A DNA stretch of 57,903 bases from NCBI GenBank assembly GCA_008632985.1, contig QPGO01000242.1, positions 62,001-119,903 of the forward strand. Direction: 5' to 3'. Both the position numbers and the translations under genes were made by a program. The notes beneath the pieces are model-generated. The model worked only from the letters and a program-made list of their open reading frames with translations, made no database searches and was not told where the DNA came from. This document shows, one piece after another, positions 22,973 through 36,539 of this stretch; the first letter of the stretch is position 1; each line of letters starts with the position of its first letter. This DNA comes from Psammoneis japonica. Lineage: Eukaryota.

Positions 22973-23512
22973 TTTGATGATGCACTTTGATTGATGAGAT
23001 GTGTGCGGTCAAATGACAGACAGTGCACAAATCATTGTGTTGTCTTCGCCACGAATGTTTGCGTGTCTCAGCCAACATGTTCCATCCACATGATCAAACA
23101 TTTTGTGTGATGACGTCATGTCTGACGGATCACAGCTCTGGTCTCCAAGAGCATGTTGTTCATGTCCATGAATGTTGGCACACACAAAGGACTCAGCAAT
23201 TGCGTGAGCAACCATGGGACCAACATGGCGCTTGCCACAAAAATCAATTGATCGCAATGATGCCGTCAGACTGTTTGCAATGCCAGTTCCAGGCGATGAA
23301 CATCACAGCGCACTGGCTCTGACAAAGCAACCAAAATGCCACCATGATGGCTGAGAATTGGGTGCAAGACAAGACAGAGTGTTGAGCAGCATCAGCAGGT
23401 TCTAGAATTGTGAGATGTTGCGCCATTGGGGCCACTGATCAAGCAACAGTGAACCAATCGCCAACAGCACACAAACTGCCTGTGTTTGTGACAGCACATC
23501 AGCATTTGTTCA
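22973..23512 (-). repeat. Additional copia LTR copy between satellite blocks
   Basis: Near-identical to ~22312-22851; a truncated LTR 5' piece also lies at ~24047-24151. Confidence 0.8.
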
Positions 23513-24452
23513 AAACAACATGTTTGTTTTCCTTGAAACAACATGTTTGTTTTCAATGAAAAGACACGCTTGTTTTCCTTGAAAAGACACATTTGTTTTC
23601 CTTGAAATGATGTGTTTGTTTTCCTCGAAACGACATGTTTGTTTTCCTTGAAAAGACATGTTTGTTTTCAAAACATGTTTGGTTTCCTTGAAAAGACATG
23701 TTTGTTTTCCCTGAAACCACACGCATGTTTTCCTTGAAAACACATGTTTGTTTTCATTGAAAAGACGTGTTTGATTTCCTTGAAACGACAAGTTTGTTTT
23801 CCTTGAAAACACATGTTTGTTTTCCTTGAAATGACATGTTTGTTTTCCTTGAAACGACATGTTTGTTTTCCTTAAAAAAACATGTTTGTTTTCCTTGAAA
23901 CAACATGTTTGTTTTCCTTGAAACGACATGTTTGTTTTCCTTGAAACCACATGTTTGTTTTCCTTGAAAACACATGTTTGTTTTCCTGGAAACGACATGT
24001 TTGTTTTCATTGAAAAGACATGTTTGATTTCCTTGAAACGACATGTTTGTGAGATGTTGTGCCATTGGGGCCACTGATCAAGCAACAGTGAACCAATCGC
24101 CAACAGCACACAAACTGCCTGTGTTTGTGACAGCACATCAGCATTTGTTCAAAACGACATGTTTGTTTTCCTTGAAACAACATGCTTGTTTTCAATGAAA
24201 AGACACGCTTGTTTTCCTTGAAAAGACACATTTGTTTTCCTTGAAATGACATGTTTGTTTTCCTTGAAACGACATGTTTGTTTTCCTTGAAAAGACATGT
24301 TTGTTTTCAAAACATGTTTGGTTTCCTTGAAAAGACATGTTTGTTTTCCCTGAAACCACACGTTTGTTTTCCTTGAAAACACGTGTTTGTTTTCATTGAA
24401 AAGACGTGTTTGATTTCCTTGAAACGACAAGTTTGTTTTCCTTGAAAACACA
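23513..24452 (-). repeat. 23-bp satellite array (inverted) containing an LTR fragment
   Basis: Tandem units up to the assembly gap. Confidence 0.93.
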
Positions 24453-24940
24453 NNNNNNNNNNNNNNNNNNNNNNNNNNNNNNNNNNNNNNNNNNNNNNNN
24501 NNNNNNNNNNNNNNNNNNNNNNNNNNNNNNNNNNNNNNNNNNNNNNNNNNNNNNNNNNNNNNNNNNNNNNNNNNNNNNNNNNNNNNNNNNNNNNNNNNNN
24601 NNNNNNNNNNNNNNNNNNNNNNNNNNNNNNNNNNNNNNNNNNNNNNNNNNNNNNNNNNNNNNNNNNNNNNNNNNNNNNNNNNNNNNNNNNNNNNNNNNNN
24701 NNNNNNNNNNNNNNNNNNNNNNNNNNNNNNNNNNNNNNNNNNNNNNNNNNNNNNNNNNNNNNNNNNNNNNNNNNNNNNNNNNNNNNNNNNNNNNNNNNNN
24801 NNNNNNNNNNNNNNNNNNNNNNNNNNNNNNNNNNNNNNNNNNNNNNNNNNNNNNNNNNNNNNNNNNNNNNNNNNNNNNNNNNNNNNNNNNNNNNNNNNNN
24901 NNNNNNNNNNNNNNNNNNNNNNNNNNNNNNNNNNNNNNNN
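24453..24940. other. Assembly gap (488 N)
   Basis: Run of N. Confidence 1.
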
Positions 24941-25793
24941 CAAACATGTCTTTTCAATGAAAACAAACGTGTCGTTTGAAGGAAAACAAACACGTGTTTT
25001 CAAGGAAAACAAACATTTGGTTTCAAGGAAAACAAACACGTCATTTCAAGGAAAGCAAACATGTTGTTTCAAGGAAAACAAACATGTCTTTTTAAGGAAA
25101 ACAAACATGTGGTTTCAAGGAAAACAAACGTGTCATTTCAAGGAAAACAAACATGTGGTTTCAAAGAAAACAAACTTGACATTTCAAGAAAAACAAACAT
25201 GTCTTTTCAATGAAAACAAACATGTGTTTTCAAGGAAAACAAACATGTGGTTTCAGGGAAAACAAACATGTCTTTTCAAGGAAACCAAACATGTCTTGAA
25301 AACAAACATGTCTTTTCAAGGAAAACAAACATGTCGTTTCCAGGAAAACAAACATGTGTTTTCAAGGAAAACAAACATGTGGTTTCAAGGAAAACAAACA
25401 TGTCGTTTCAAGGAAAACAAACATGTTGTTTCAAGGAAAACAAACATGTCTTTTTAAGGAAAACAAACATGTCGTTTCAAGGAAAACAAACGTGTCATTT
25501 CAAGGAAAACAAACTTGTCGTTTCAAGGAAATCAAACACGTCTTTTCAATGAAAACAAACATGTGTTTTCAAGGAAAACAAACGTGTGGTTTCAGGGAAA
25601 ACAAACATGTCTTTTCAAGGAAACCAAACATGTTTTGAAAACAAACATGTCTTTTCAAGGAAAACAAACATGTCGTTTCAAGGAAAACAAACATGTCATT
25701 TCAAGGAAAACAAATGTGTCTTTTCAAGGAAAACAAGCGTGTCTTTTCATTGAAAACAAACATGTTGTTTCAAGGAAAACAAACATGTCGTTT
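24941..25793 (+). repeat. 23-bp satellite array
   Basis: Tandem units. Confidence 0.96.
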
Positions 25794-28700
25794 TGAACAA
25801 ATGCTGATGTGCTGTCACAAACACAGGCAGTTTGTGTGCTGTTGGCGATTGGTTCACTGTTGCTTGATCAGTGGCCCCAATGGCGCAACATCTCACAATT
25901 CTAGAACCTGCTGATGCTGCTCAACACTCTGTCTTGTCTTGCACCCAATTCTCAGCCATCATGGTGGCATTTTGGTTGCTTTGTCAGAGCCAGTGCGCTG
26001 TGATGTTCATTGCCTGGAACGGGCATTGCAAACAGTCTGACGGCATCATTGCGATCAATTGATTTTTGTGGCAAGCGCCATGTTGGTCCCATGGTTGCTC
26101 GCGCAATTGCTGAGTCCTTTGTGTGTGCCAACATTCATGGACATGAACAACATGCTCTTGGAGACCAGAGCTGTGATCCGTCAGACATGACGTCATCACA
26201 CAAAATGTTTGATCATGTGGATGGAACATGTTGGCTGAGACACGCAAACATTCGTGGAGAAGACAACACAATGATTTGTGCACTGTCTGTCATTTGACCG
26301 CACACATCTCATCAATCAAAGTGCATCATCAAATTGTTTGGACGCTGCACATGTGGATGCATGTCTGTTGGACATTGTTGCTTGGGGGCAACACCGCCTG
26401 CTCATGGGCTCGCCAAGCAGAAACCGCCAAATCGGCATGAGAGCCATGCATTTTTCTCACTTTCCTCCACTCACACAAGTGGACGCTCACGCATCGAAAC
26501 GCGAGCAACTGCTGATGCGCCATGGCCGCTGCTGCAGCCTTTGCCGCCTGTCTTGCGCGTTGTGGGCACAGTGCACAGACGCGCACCCACATGGCCCGTC
26601 AAGGCTTCACTGCTGTCGAGGACCTGGAGCAGGTCCCTTTGACTGAAATTGCTGACATGACGAAGGGCACCATGAAAAGCATGGGTGCCGCTGCCAGCCC
26701 TCAAGTCCACTTTCCACACCTGGCAAATCGAAAGCTCAAGGCACTGCACGCATGGATTGACTGCCGCAGAGCCCGGAACCAACAGCCGACCGCTGCTCTC
26801 TTCGCTGGCGACGTTGTTGGAACATGGGCAGCACGTCTGATGGAACTGGAGCAATTCAAGTCCGCCGACTCGGACGACGAATTGGCTGCCAAAACGGCCG
26901 TGGAGCTCAAGAACCCACACAACTGGCCCACCTTCCAAGAGTTGCTGGAGACCGAACTGCGCCACCACCGCAGATCAATCAAAGTGCATCATCAAATTGT
27001 TTGGACGCTGCACATGTGGATGCATGTCTGTTGGACATTGTTGCTTGGGGGCAACACCGCCTGCTCATGGGCTCGCCAAGCAGAAACCGCCAAATCGGCA
27101 TGAGAGCCATGCATTTTTCTCACTTTCCTCCACTCACACAAGTGGACGCTCACGCATCGAAACGCGAGCAACTGCTGATGCGCCATGGCCGCTGCTGCAG
27201 CCTTTGCCGCCTGTCTTGCGTGTTGTGGGCACAGTGCACAGACGCGCACCCACATGGCCCGTCAAGGCTTCACTGCTGTCGAGGACCTGGAGCAGGTCCC
27301 TTTGACTGAAATTGCTGACATGACAAAGGGCACCATGAAAAGCATGGGTGCCGCTGCCAGCCCTCAAGTCCACTTTCCACACCTGGCAAATCGAAAGCTC
27401 AAGGCACTGCACGCATCGATTGACTGCCGCAGAGCCCGGAACCAACAGCCGACCGCTGCTCTCTTCGCTGGCGACGTTGTTGGAACATGGGCGGCACGTC
27501 TGATGGAACTGGAGCAATTCAAGTCCACCGACTCGGACGACGAATTGGCTGCCAAAACGGCCGTGGAGCTCAAGAACCCACACAACTGGCCCACCTTCCA
27601 AGAGTTGCTGGAGACCGAACTGTGCCACCACCGCAGCACCGTCGCCGGAGTTCCCCTCATCTGTCCAGCTGGGGAACATGAGGAAGTCACCGCCGAGATG
27701 TTGGCTGCCACCTGCGCTGCCATTGACGAGGACCTCATTGCTGCCACCCACCTTGCGGGCGCTCAGCATGCGCAGGACAGGCAATGACTGCATGATCTCC
27801 TGAAGAAGTCAGTGATGGGGGGGCCTGGATGGGCTTTTGTCAAACCTTCCAATCGCAGCTGCCATGGTCGCACTGCTTTCTTTGCACTTGAGAGGCAGGC
27901 GGAAGGATCAGCTGCCGCCACCACCCAAAAGAACTGTGCTCATGCACAGATTGCTGCCGCGAAGTGCACCGGACGGGGTCGATTTGCATTTGACCAGCAC
28001 ATTCAGCGTCATCAAAAGGCTCACAACGACTTGTCTGAGCTTGATGAACTGGTGGCCGAGACCAAGAAGGTCTCTGACTTTCTGAAGGGCATCTCCGACC
28101 AGAGTGCTCTTGACGACCCCGAGTGAGAGCAAGTCCAAAAGCTCTGCAATGCCAAGAAGGCCAAAAAGAAATGCAAAGCTGCTGCTGTGTCCTTGGAAGC
28201 TGAGTCGGTCGATGCCGAAACTCGCGCTGTAAAGAAAGCGGCTGTTGCCGAGCCTGCTGCTCAACCTGCTGATGCGCCGAAAGACTCCGACGAGCCTGAT
28301 GAACCTGCCGCCAATGCAGGCACCCAGCTTGGATGCAGCGCACATGAGAAACCTCAGAATGAGGAGTGAACAGTTGCGCCAGCACTGAAAGGCACAGAGC
28401 CGAATGTCGCTAAACCTGCTGGCACTGTTTGTTTGTCTGGGTGATTCTCAAAGGATGTGTGTGTCTCTTTGTCATCTGCTGGAAATTCAGATGACGAAGC
28501 CACCACTGATTTAGACTCGCACGCTGACACGTGTGCTGTTGGGTCCAATTTTGTGATGTGCTCTGACATCGACAGAACTGTCGTGGTGCACCCCCACTCT
28601 GAAGAGCGCGCGCCAATGGAAAACACTCCTGTTTGCGCGGCTGCTGCCATGTGGGTTGATCCAACTGATGGACAACCGCGCTTGCTGCCAGTCCACGAGG

Positions 28701-29946
28701 CCATGTTTTTTGGGGACAAGATGACCAGCACCCTTCTGTGCCCCAACCAACTGCGAGCAAATGGGCTGATTGTCCACGACACCCCTTGCTAGTTTGATCC
28801 GACTGGCGCGCACTCCATTGCTTTCCCTGACTTGAAGATCAGGGTGCCGCTGCGAACAAGAGGTGTTGCTTCTGTCTTTGATTCACACGAGCCAACAAAT
28901 GAGGATCTGGAGAACCTCCCCCGGCTGGAACTCACATCACCCCCAAGATGGGAGCCTTCTGCTGATGCCATGGCGCAAAAGGAGGAAGCGCGTGCATGTG
29001 CCAGTGTGCGCCAAGGATCAGCAAAGTCGGGCGGATGGTCGACGACAATGAATGTGACCAGGTGTGTTGCTTCCACCCATTCACACCAAATGTCCTGTCA
29101 TGACAAGAGCGTCATTGTGGACACTGATGATGACAATTCATTGCATTGCCCCATGGTTGCTCAGGTGAGTGTCTCCCACAACGACACCAAGGGAGACGAG
29201 CCACACAACCGGCATGACCTGGATGTCCACCTGGATTGTGCCGAGCGGAAACGGGTGCATGCACTGTCGACCTTGAGTCGTGCATCAACTGTCACGCCCG
29301 AGACACTCTCTAAAAGGTGGGACATTGGCCTGGCGGCTGCTGAGAACACCATCAGAGTGATGACCCAGGCAGGGGTCCGCAATGTCTGCACACCATCCGA
29401 ACGGAAAGTCCGGAAGAAAGCCCCTTGGCTCAAGTTCCCTGCTGTCAAGGGATGACTCTGCTCCGACCAGATGTTTTCAAAGGTCAAATCGACGCATGGC
29501 AAGATGGGAGGAAGCGCACTTGCCAACGGAAGAGGGTGTGACAGGCTCCATCCTTGGAAGAGGAAACAGGACACCCAGATGCCGTCATGTCATTTGTGCA
29601 TGACATTGGCACACTGCAGGTCCTTGTGTCGGATGGCGCGCTGGAAATGGCGGAAGGCCAGACCAAGGAGATCTGCAAGGAATGCAGGACGCACCAGGAG
29701 GTGTCCACTCCATGAAACCCCTGGCAGAACCTGGCTGAGGCATCCATTCGTGAGTTGAAGAAAAGAGTCCGTGTGACTCTGCGCTGGACTGGCGCTCACA
29801 GACGACTTTGGTCCCACAGCGCCAAATGGACATTTGACATCCGACGCATGATTGCAGCCAGTGTGTCAGACATGGGAGGACGAGTCCCAGAAGAGGAGGT
29901 GACAGGTTCAACACCCGACATCTCTTCCCTCTCTCTCTTTGATTGG
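25794..29946 (+). mobile_element. Ty1/copia 5' half, copy B, with 663-bp tandem duplication of leader and gag start
   Basis: LTR start TGAACAAATG at 25794; gag ATGs at 26522 and 27185; protease from ~28457; integrase ends FDW at ~29946; several premature stops. Confidence 0.92.
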
Positions 29947-30604
29947 TGAAAACAAACATGTCTTTTCAAGGAAAACAAACACGTCATTTCAAGGGAAAAA
30001 AATGTCTTTTCAAGGAAAACAAACATGTCGTTTCAAGGAAAACAAACGTGTGTTTTCAAGGAAAACAAACATGTCTTTTCAATGAAAACAAACATGTCAT
30101 TTCAAGGAAAACAAACATGTCATTTCAAAGAAAACAAACACATCATTTCAGGGACAACAAGCGTGTCATTTCAAGGAAAACAAACGTGTCTTTTCAAGGA
30201 AAACAAACACCCCACCTCAAACCAAGCAAAAGCAGGCATGGAGCAGCGCCGCCAAAACTTGCAGACAGGCTCAAGCCCCGCTCTGGCACTCAACTCTCAG
30301 CTTGTGCTCCGCACAAAACCCTCAGACAATGCTTGGCTCCAGCTGGCACCCAGAGGACTCAGTTGAAGAAACTCTGACACAAGAGCAACAGCTCTTTTCC
30401 TTTGATCTTGTTGACATGATCATGTGGAACCATGGAGATGCTGCCGTGCACGTCATCTCTCCTTGATGACCTGTGTTCTCCCTGGCTGGACCTTTCTCAC
30501 CAAACAGTTGCTCGCCGCTGAACAGAGAGCAGTGCGGGTCACATTGTCAAATGTGGGCGCAGCTGAAACACAAGTTGGCTCATCTTGTGTGGCCCGCAAG
30601 GCTT

Positions 30605-31045
30605 GAGACCAAAAAAAAAAACAAACCCCAATTTTAAGTGCCGCTGCACCTTTGCCCAGCAACACCGGCACCGGCCAACCCACACTTCCAGTGCACCCTG
30701 CAGAGGATGCGGCAGAAATGTGGCGCAGTTGGCCGGTTTCGGAGACAGCTGCAAATGGCGCAAGTGCCACTTTTTGCCAGTCGTTTGGCTTCTTTCAGGC
30801 TGTCTTTTAGTCTTGGACGGACCACAGAGATCCAGTTTTGGATCCTCGTTGTTGAAAATGACAGTTGTTCTTCGACCGAATCCAGCAATGCGCCTCTGTC
30901 CTTCGCCAAGCATTCTTGTCGTTTGTTGCATGTCGCCGTCAGTTTGGCTTCCGCCTTCCTCTGTTGAGATGATTTCCAAGAATCAACATCGTGCCCGTGA
31001 ACCAACTTGTTGTGCTCTTCCCAAAGTTCCCACCAGCACCTCTGC
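30605..31045 (-). pseudogene. LINE 3' end fragment (copy of ~9778-10243)
   Basis: RCWWELWEEHNKLVHGHD...; a shorter copy at ~44008-44283 (+). Confidence 0.85.
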
Positions 31046-34000
31046 CATGTTTGTTTTCCTTGAAACCACATGTTTGTTTTCCTTGAAACCACATGTTTGT
31101 TTTCCTTGAAAACACATGTTTGTTTTCCTTGAAACGACATGTTTGTTTTCATTGAAAAGACATGTTTGATTTCCTTGAAACGACATGTTTGTTTTCCTTG
31201 AAACCACATGTTTGTTTTCCTTGAAACAACCTGTTTGTTTTCCTTGAAATGGCGTGTTTGTTTTCCTTGAAACAACATGTTTGTTTTCCTTGAAAACACA
31301 CATTTGTTTTCCTTGAAACAACATGATTGTTTTCCTTGAAATGGCATGTTTGTTTTCTTTGAAACGACGTGTTTGTTTTCCTTGAAACGACATGTTTGTT
31401 TTCATTGAAAAGACATGTTTGATTTCCATGAAACGACATGTTTGTTTTCCTTGAAACACATGTTTGTTTTCCTTGAAAAGACACATTTGTTTTCCTTGAA
31501 ACAACATGTTTGTTTTCCTTGAAATGGCATGTTTGTTTTCCTTGAAACGACATGTTTGTTTTCCTTGAAACCACATGTTTGTTTTCCTTGAAACAACATG
31601 TTTGTTTTCCTTGAAATGACATGTTTGTTTTCCTTGAAACCACATGTTTGTTTTTCTTGAAATGACACCTTGGTTTTCTCTGAAAAGATGTGTTTGTTTT
31701 CCTTGAAACGACATGTTTGATTTCCTTGAAACGACATGTTTGTTTTCCTTGAAACAACATGTTTGTTTTCCTTGAAAAGACACATTTGTTTTCCTTGAAA
31801 CAACATGTTTGTTTTCCTTGAAACGACACGTTTGTTTTCCTTGAAACAACATGATTGTTTTCCTTGAAATGGCATGTTTGTTTTCTTTGAAACGACGTGT
31901 TTATTTTCCTTCAAACGACACGTTTGTTTTCATTGAAAAGACATGTTTGATTTCCTTGAAACAACATGTTTGTTTTCCTTGAAACGACGTGTTTTTTTTT
32001 TCCTTGAAAAGACACACTTGTTTTCCTTGAAACAACATGTTTGTTTTCCTTGAAATGGCGTGTTTGTTTTCCTTGGCACAGCATTTGTCCAACTGAACAT
32101 GTCCTTTCAAGGAAAACAAAAATGTTTTCCCTGAAAAGACACGCTTGTTTTCCTTGAAAAGACATGTTTGTTTTCCTTGAAACCACATGTTTGTTTTCCT
32201 TTAAATGACATGTTTGTTTTCCTTGAAAAGACATGTTTGATTTCTTTGAAACAACATGTTTGTTTTTCTTGAAAAGACATGTTTGTTTTCCTTGAAACCA
32301 CATGTTCGTTTTCCTTGAAATGACACGTTTGTTTTCTGTGAAAAGACACGCTTGTTTTCCTTGAAAAGACATGTTTGTTTTCCTTGAAAAGACATGCTTG
32401 TTTTCCATGAAACGACATGTTTGTTTTCCTTGAAACCAAACGCTTGTTTTTCTTGAAAACACATGTTTGTTTTTCTTGAAACGACATGTTTGTTTTCCTT
32501 GAAATGACATGTTTGTTTTCATTGAAAAGACACCTTTGTTTTCTCTGAAAAGACATGCTTGTTTTCCGTGAAACGACATGTTTGTTTTCCTTGAAACCAC
32601 ATGTTTGTTTTCCTTGAAACCACGTGTTTGTTTTCCCTGACAATGCATGTTTGCTTTCCTTGAAATGACATGTTTGTTTTCCTTGAAACAACACGTTTGT
32701 TTTCCTTGAAACGACATGTTTGTTTTCCTTGAAACCACATGTTTGTTTTCCTTGAAAAGACACACTTGTTTTCTCTGAAATGACACGTTTGTTTTCTGTG
32801 AAAAGACACGATTGTTTTCCTTGAAACGACATGTTTGTTTTCCTTGAAAAGACATGTTTTTTTTCCTTGAAAAGACATGTTTGTTTTCCTTGAAATGACA
32901 CATTTGTTTTCCTTGAAACCACATGTTTGTTTTTCTTGAAATGACACCTTGGTTTTCTCTGAAAAGATGTGTTTGATTTCCTTGAGACGACACATTTGTT
33001 TTTCTTGAAACGACACGTTTGTTTTCCTTGAAAAGATGTGTTTGTTTTCTTTGAAACAACATGTTTGTCTTTGAATGACATGTTTGTTTTCCCTGAAACA
33101 ACACGTTTGTTTTCCTTGAAAAGACACGTTTGTTTTCCTTGAAAACGCATGTTTGTTTTCTTTGAAACGACATGTTTGTTTTTCTTGAAACGACATGTTT
33201 GTTTTCCTTGAAAAGACATGTTTGTTTTCTCTGAAACCACATGTTTGTTTTCCCCGAAACAACACATTTGTTTTCCTTGAAATCACATGTTTGTTTTTCT
33301 TGAAAACACATGTTTGTTTTCCTTGAAACGACATGTTTGTTTTCCTTGAAATGACATGTTTGTTTTCCTTGAAACGACATGTTTGTTTCTTTGAAAAGAC
33401 ACGCTTGTTTTCCATGAAACGACACGCTTGCTTTCTTTGAAACCACGTGTTTGTTTTCCTTGAAATGACGTGTTTGTTTTCCTTGAAATGACATGTTTGT
33501 TTTCCTTGAAATGACGTGTTTGTTTTCCTTGAAAAGACATGTTTGTTTTCCTTGAAAAGACATTTTTTCCCTTGAAGCAACATGTTTGTTTTCCTTGAAA
33601 CGACATGTTTGTTTTCCTTGAAAAGACATGTTTGTTTTCAAGACATGTTTGTTTTCCTTGAAACCACATGTTTGTTTTCCTTGAAACAACGTGTTTGTTT
33701 TCCTTGAAAAGACATGTTTGTTTTCCTTGAAAAGACATGTTTGTTTTCCTTGAAACCACATGTTTGCTTTCCTTGAAACCACATGTTTGTTTTCCTTGAA
33801 ACAACGTGCTTGTTTTCCTTGAAAAGACATGTTTGTTTTCATTAAAATGACACATTTGTTTTCTCTGAAAAGACATGTTTGTTTTCCCTGAAACGACATG
33901 TTTGTTTTCCTTGAAAAGACATTTTTGTTTTCCTTGAAAAGACATGTTTGTTTTCCTTGAAATGACACGTTTGTTTTCCTTGAAACCACATGTTTGTTTT

Positions 34001-36400
34001 TCTTGAAATGACACCTTGGTTTTCTCTGAAAAGATGTGTTTGTTTTCCTTGAAACGACGCGTTTGTTTTCTTTGAAACGACACATTTGTTTTCCTTGAAA
34101 AGACACGTTTGTTTTCCTTGAAAAGACATGTTTGTTTCATTTGAAATGACATGTTTGTTTTTCTTGAAACGACATGTTTGTTTTCCCTGAAACAACACAT
34201 TTGTTTTCCTTGAAAAGACATGTTTGTTTTCCTTGAAACAACACGTTTGTTTTCCTTGAAAAGACCTGCTTGTTTTCCTTGAAAAGACATGCTTGTTTTC
34301 CATGAAACAACATGTTTGCTTTCCTTGAGACCACATGTTTGTTTTCCTTGAAAACACATTTGTTTTCCTTGAAACGACACATTTGTTTTCCTTGAAAAGA
34401 CATGATTTGTTCCCTTGAAAAGACACGCTTGTTTTCCTTGAAACCACATGTTTGTTTTCCTTGAAACGTCACATTTGTTTTCCTTGAAAAGACATGTTTG
34501 TTTTCTTTGAAACGACATGTTTGTTTTTCTTGAAAAGACATGTTTGTTTTCCTTAAAACCACACATTTGTTTTCCCTGAAATGACACGTTTGTTTTGTTT
34601 TCCTTGAAAAGACATGTTTGTTTTCTTTGAAACAACATGTTTGTTTTCCTTGAAACGACATGTTTGTTTCCTTTGAAATGACGCATTTGTTTTCCTTGAA
34701 AAAACATGTTTGTTTTTCTTGAAATGACATGATTTTTTTCCTTGAAAAGCCATGTTTGTTTTCCTTGAAACGTCACGTTTGTTTTCTTTGAAAAGACATG
34801 TTTGTTTTCTTTGAAATGACATGTTTGTTTTTCTTGAAACGACATGTTTGTTTTCCTTGAAAAGACATGTTTGTTTTCTCTGAAACCACATGTTTGTTTT
34901 CCCTGAAACAACACATTTGTTTTCCTTGAAAAGACACGTTTGTTTTCCTTGAAAAGACGTGTTTGTTTTCCTTGAAAAGACATGCTTGTTTTCCATGAAA
35001 CTGCACGTTTGCTTTCCTTGAAACCACATGTTTGTTTTCCTTGAAACCACATGTTTTCCTTGAAAATGCATGTTTGCTTTCCTTGAAATGACACGTTTGT
35101 TTTCCTTGAAACGACACGTTTGTTTTCCCTGAAACAACATGTTTGTTTTCCTTGAAAAGACATGTTTGTTTTCCTTGAAAAGACACGTTTGTTTTCCTTG
35201 AAACGACACATTTGTTTTCCTTGAAAACGCATGTTTGTTTTCCTTGAAACGACATGTTTGTTTTCAAGACATGTCTGTTTTCCTTGAAACGACATGTTTG
35301 TTTTTCTTGAAATGACACGCTTGTTTTCTTTGAAAAGACATGTTTGTTTTCCTTGAAACGACATGTTTGTTTTCCTTGAAAAGACATGTTTGTTTTCCTT
35401 GAAAAGACATGTTTGTTTTCCTTGAAAAGACATGTTTGTTTTCCTTGAAACCACACGTTTGTTTTTCTTGAAATGACACCTTGGTTTTCTCTGAAAAGAT
35501 GTGTTTGTTTTCCTTGAAACGACGCGTTTGTTTTTCTTGAAACGACACGTTTGTTTTCCTTGAAAAGATGTGTTTGTTTTCTTTGAAACAACATGTTTGT
35601 CTTTGAACGACATGTTTGTTTTCCCTGAAACAACACGCAAAACCACATGTTTGTTTTCCCTGAAACGACACGTTTGTTTTGTTTTCCTTGAAAAGACATG
35701 CTTGTTTTCCATGAAACTGCATGTTTGCTTTCCTTGAAACCACGTGTTTGTTTTCCTTGAAACCACATGTTTTCCTTGAAAATGCATGTTTGCTTTCCTT
35801 GAAATGACACGTTTGTTTTCCCTGAAACGACACGTTTGTTTTCCCTGAAACGACACGTTTGTTTTCCCTGAAACGACACATTTGTTTTCCTTGAAAAGAC
35901 ACGTTTGTTTTCCTTGAAAAGACATGTTTGTTTTCTTTGAAACGACATGTTTGTTTTTCTTGAAACGACATGTTTGTTTTCCTTGAAAAGACGTGTTTGT
36001 TTTCTCTGAAACCACATGTTTGTTTTCCCTGAAACAACACATTTGTTTTCCTTGAAAAGACATGTTTGTTTTCCTTGAAAAGACGTGTTTGTTTTCCTTG
36101 AAAAGACATGTTTTTTTTCCTTGAAACGACACGTTTGTTTTCCTTGAAAAGACACATTTGTTTTCCTTGAAAAGACATGTTTGTTTTCCATGAAACGACG
36201 TGTTTGCTTTCCTGGAAACCACGTGTTTGTTTTCCTTGAAAACACACATTTGTTTTCCTTGAAACAACACGTTTGTTTTCCTTGAAAAGACATGTTTGTT
36301 TTCCTTGAAACCATGTGTTTGTTTTCCTTGAAACCGCGCGTTTGTTTTCCTTGAAATGACACGTTTGTTTTCCTTGAAAAGACATGTTTGTTTTCTTTGA
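31046..36400 (-). repeat. Longest 23-bp satellite array (~5.3 kb, inverted)
   Basis: Continuous units, with a short family-X junction at ~32075-32125. Confidence 0.98.
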
Positions 36401-36539
36401 CTTCAAATCCTTGAGAGGAACCCAGGATGCAGTCCCATCCTTCCATTCGACTGGCAGGTTCCAGCCTGCAGTCATCCTCCCAGGAGCACGCCTGCCAGTC
36501 TTGGTCATTGTGCGCCCGTCATTGGCCGTTGCAGCATGG

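Noticed and set aside
24149..25039. ORFs spanning the N gaps, and the 488/244 gap-size ratio
   Set aside because: Artefacts of translating N; gap sizes are scaffolding estimates
33283..36270. 995-aa and other long FKENKHVVSRKTNMSFQGKQTC-repeat ORFs
   Set aside because: Translations of the 23-bp satellite, open in all three frames because the unit lacks stops on that strand
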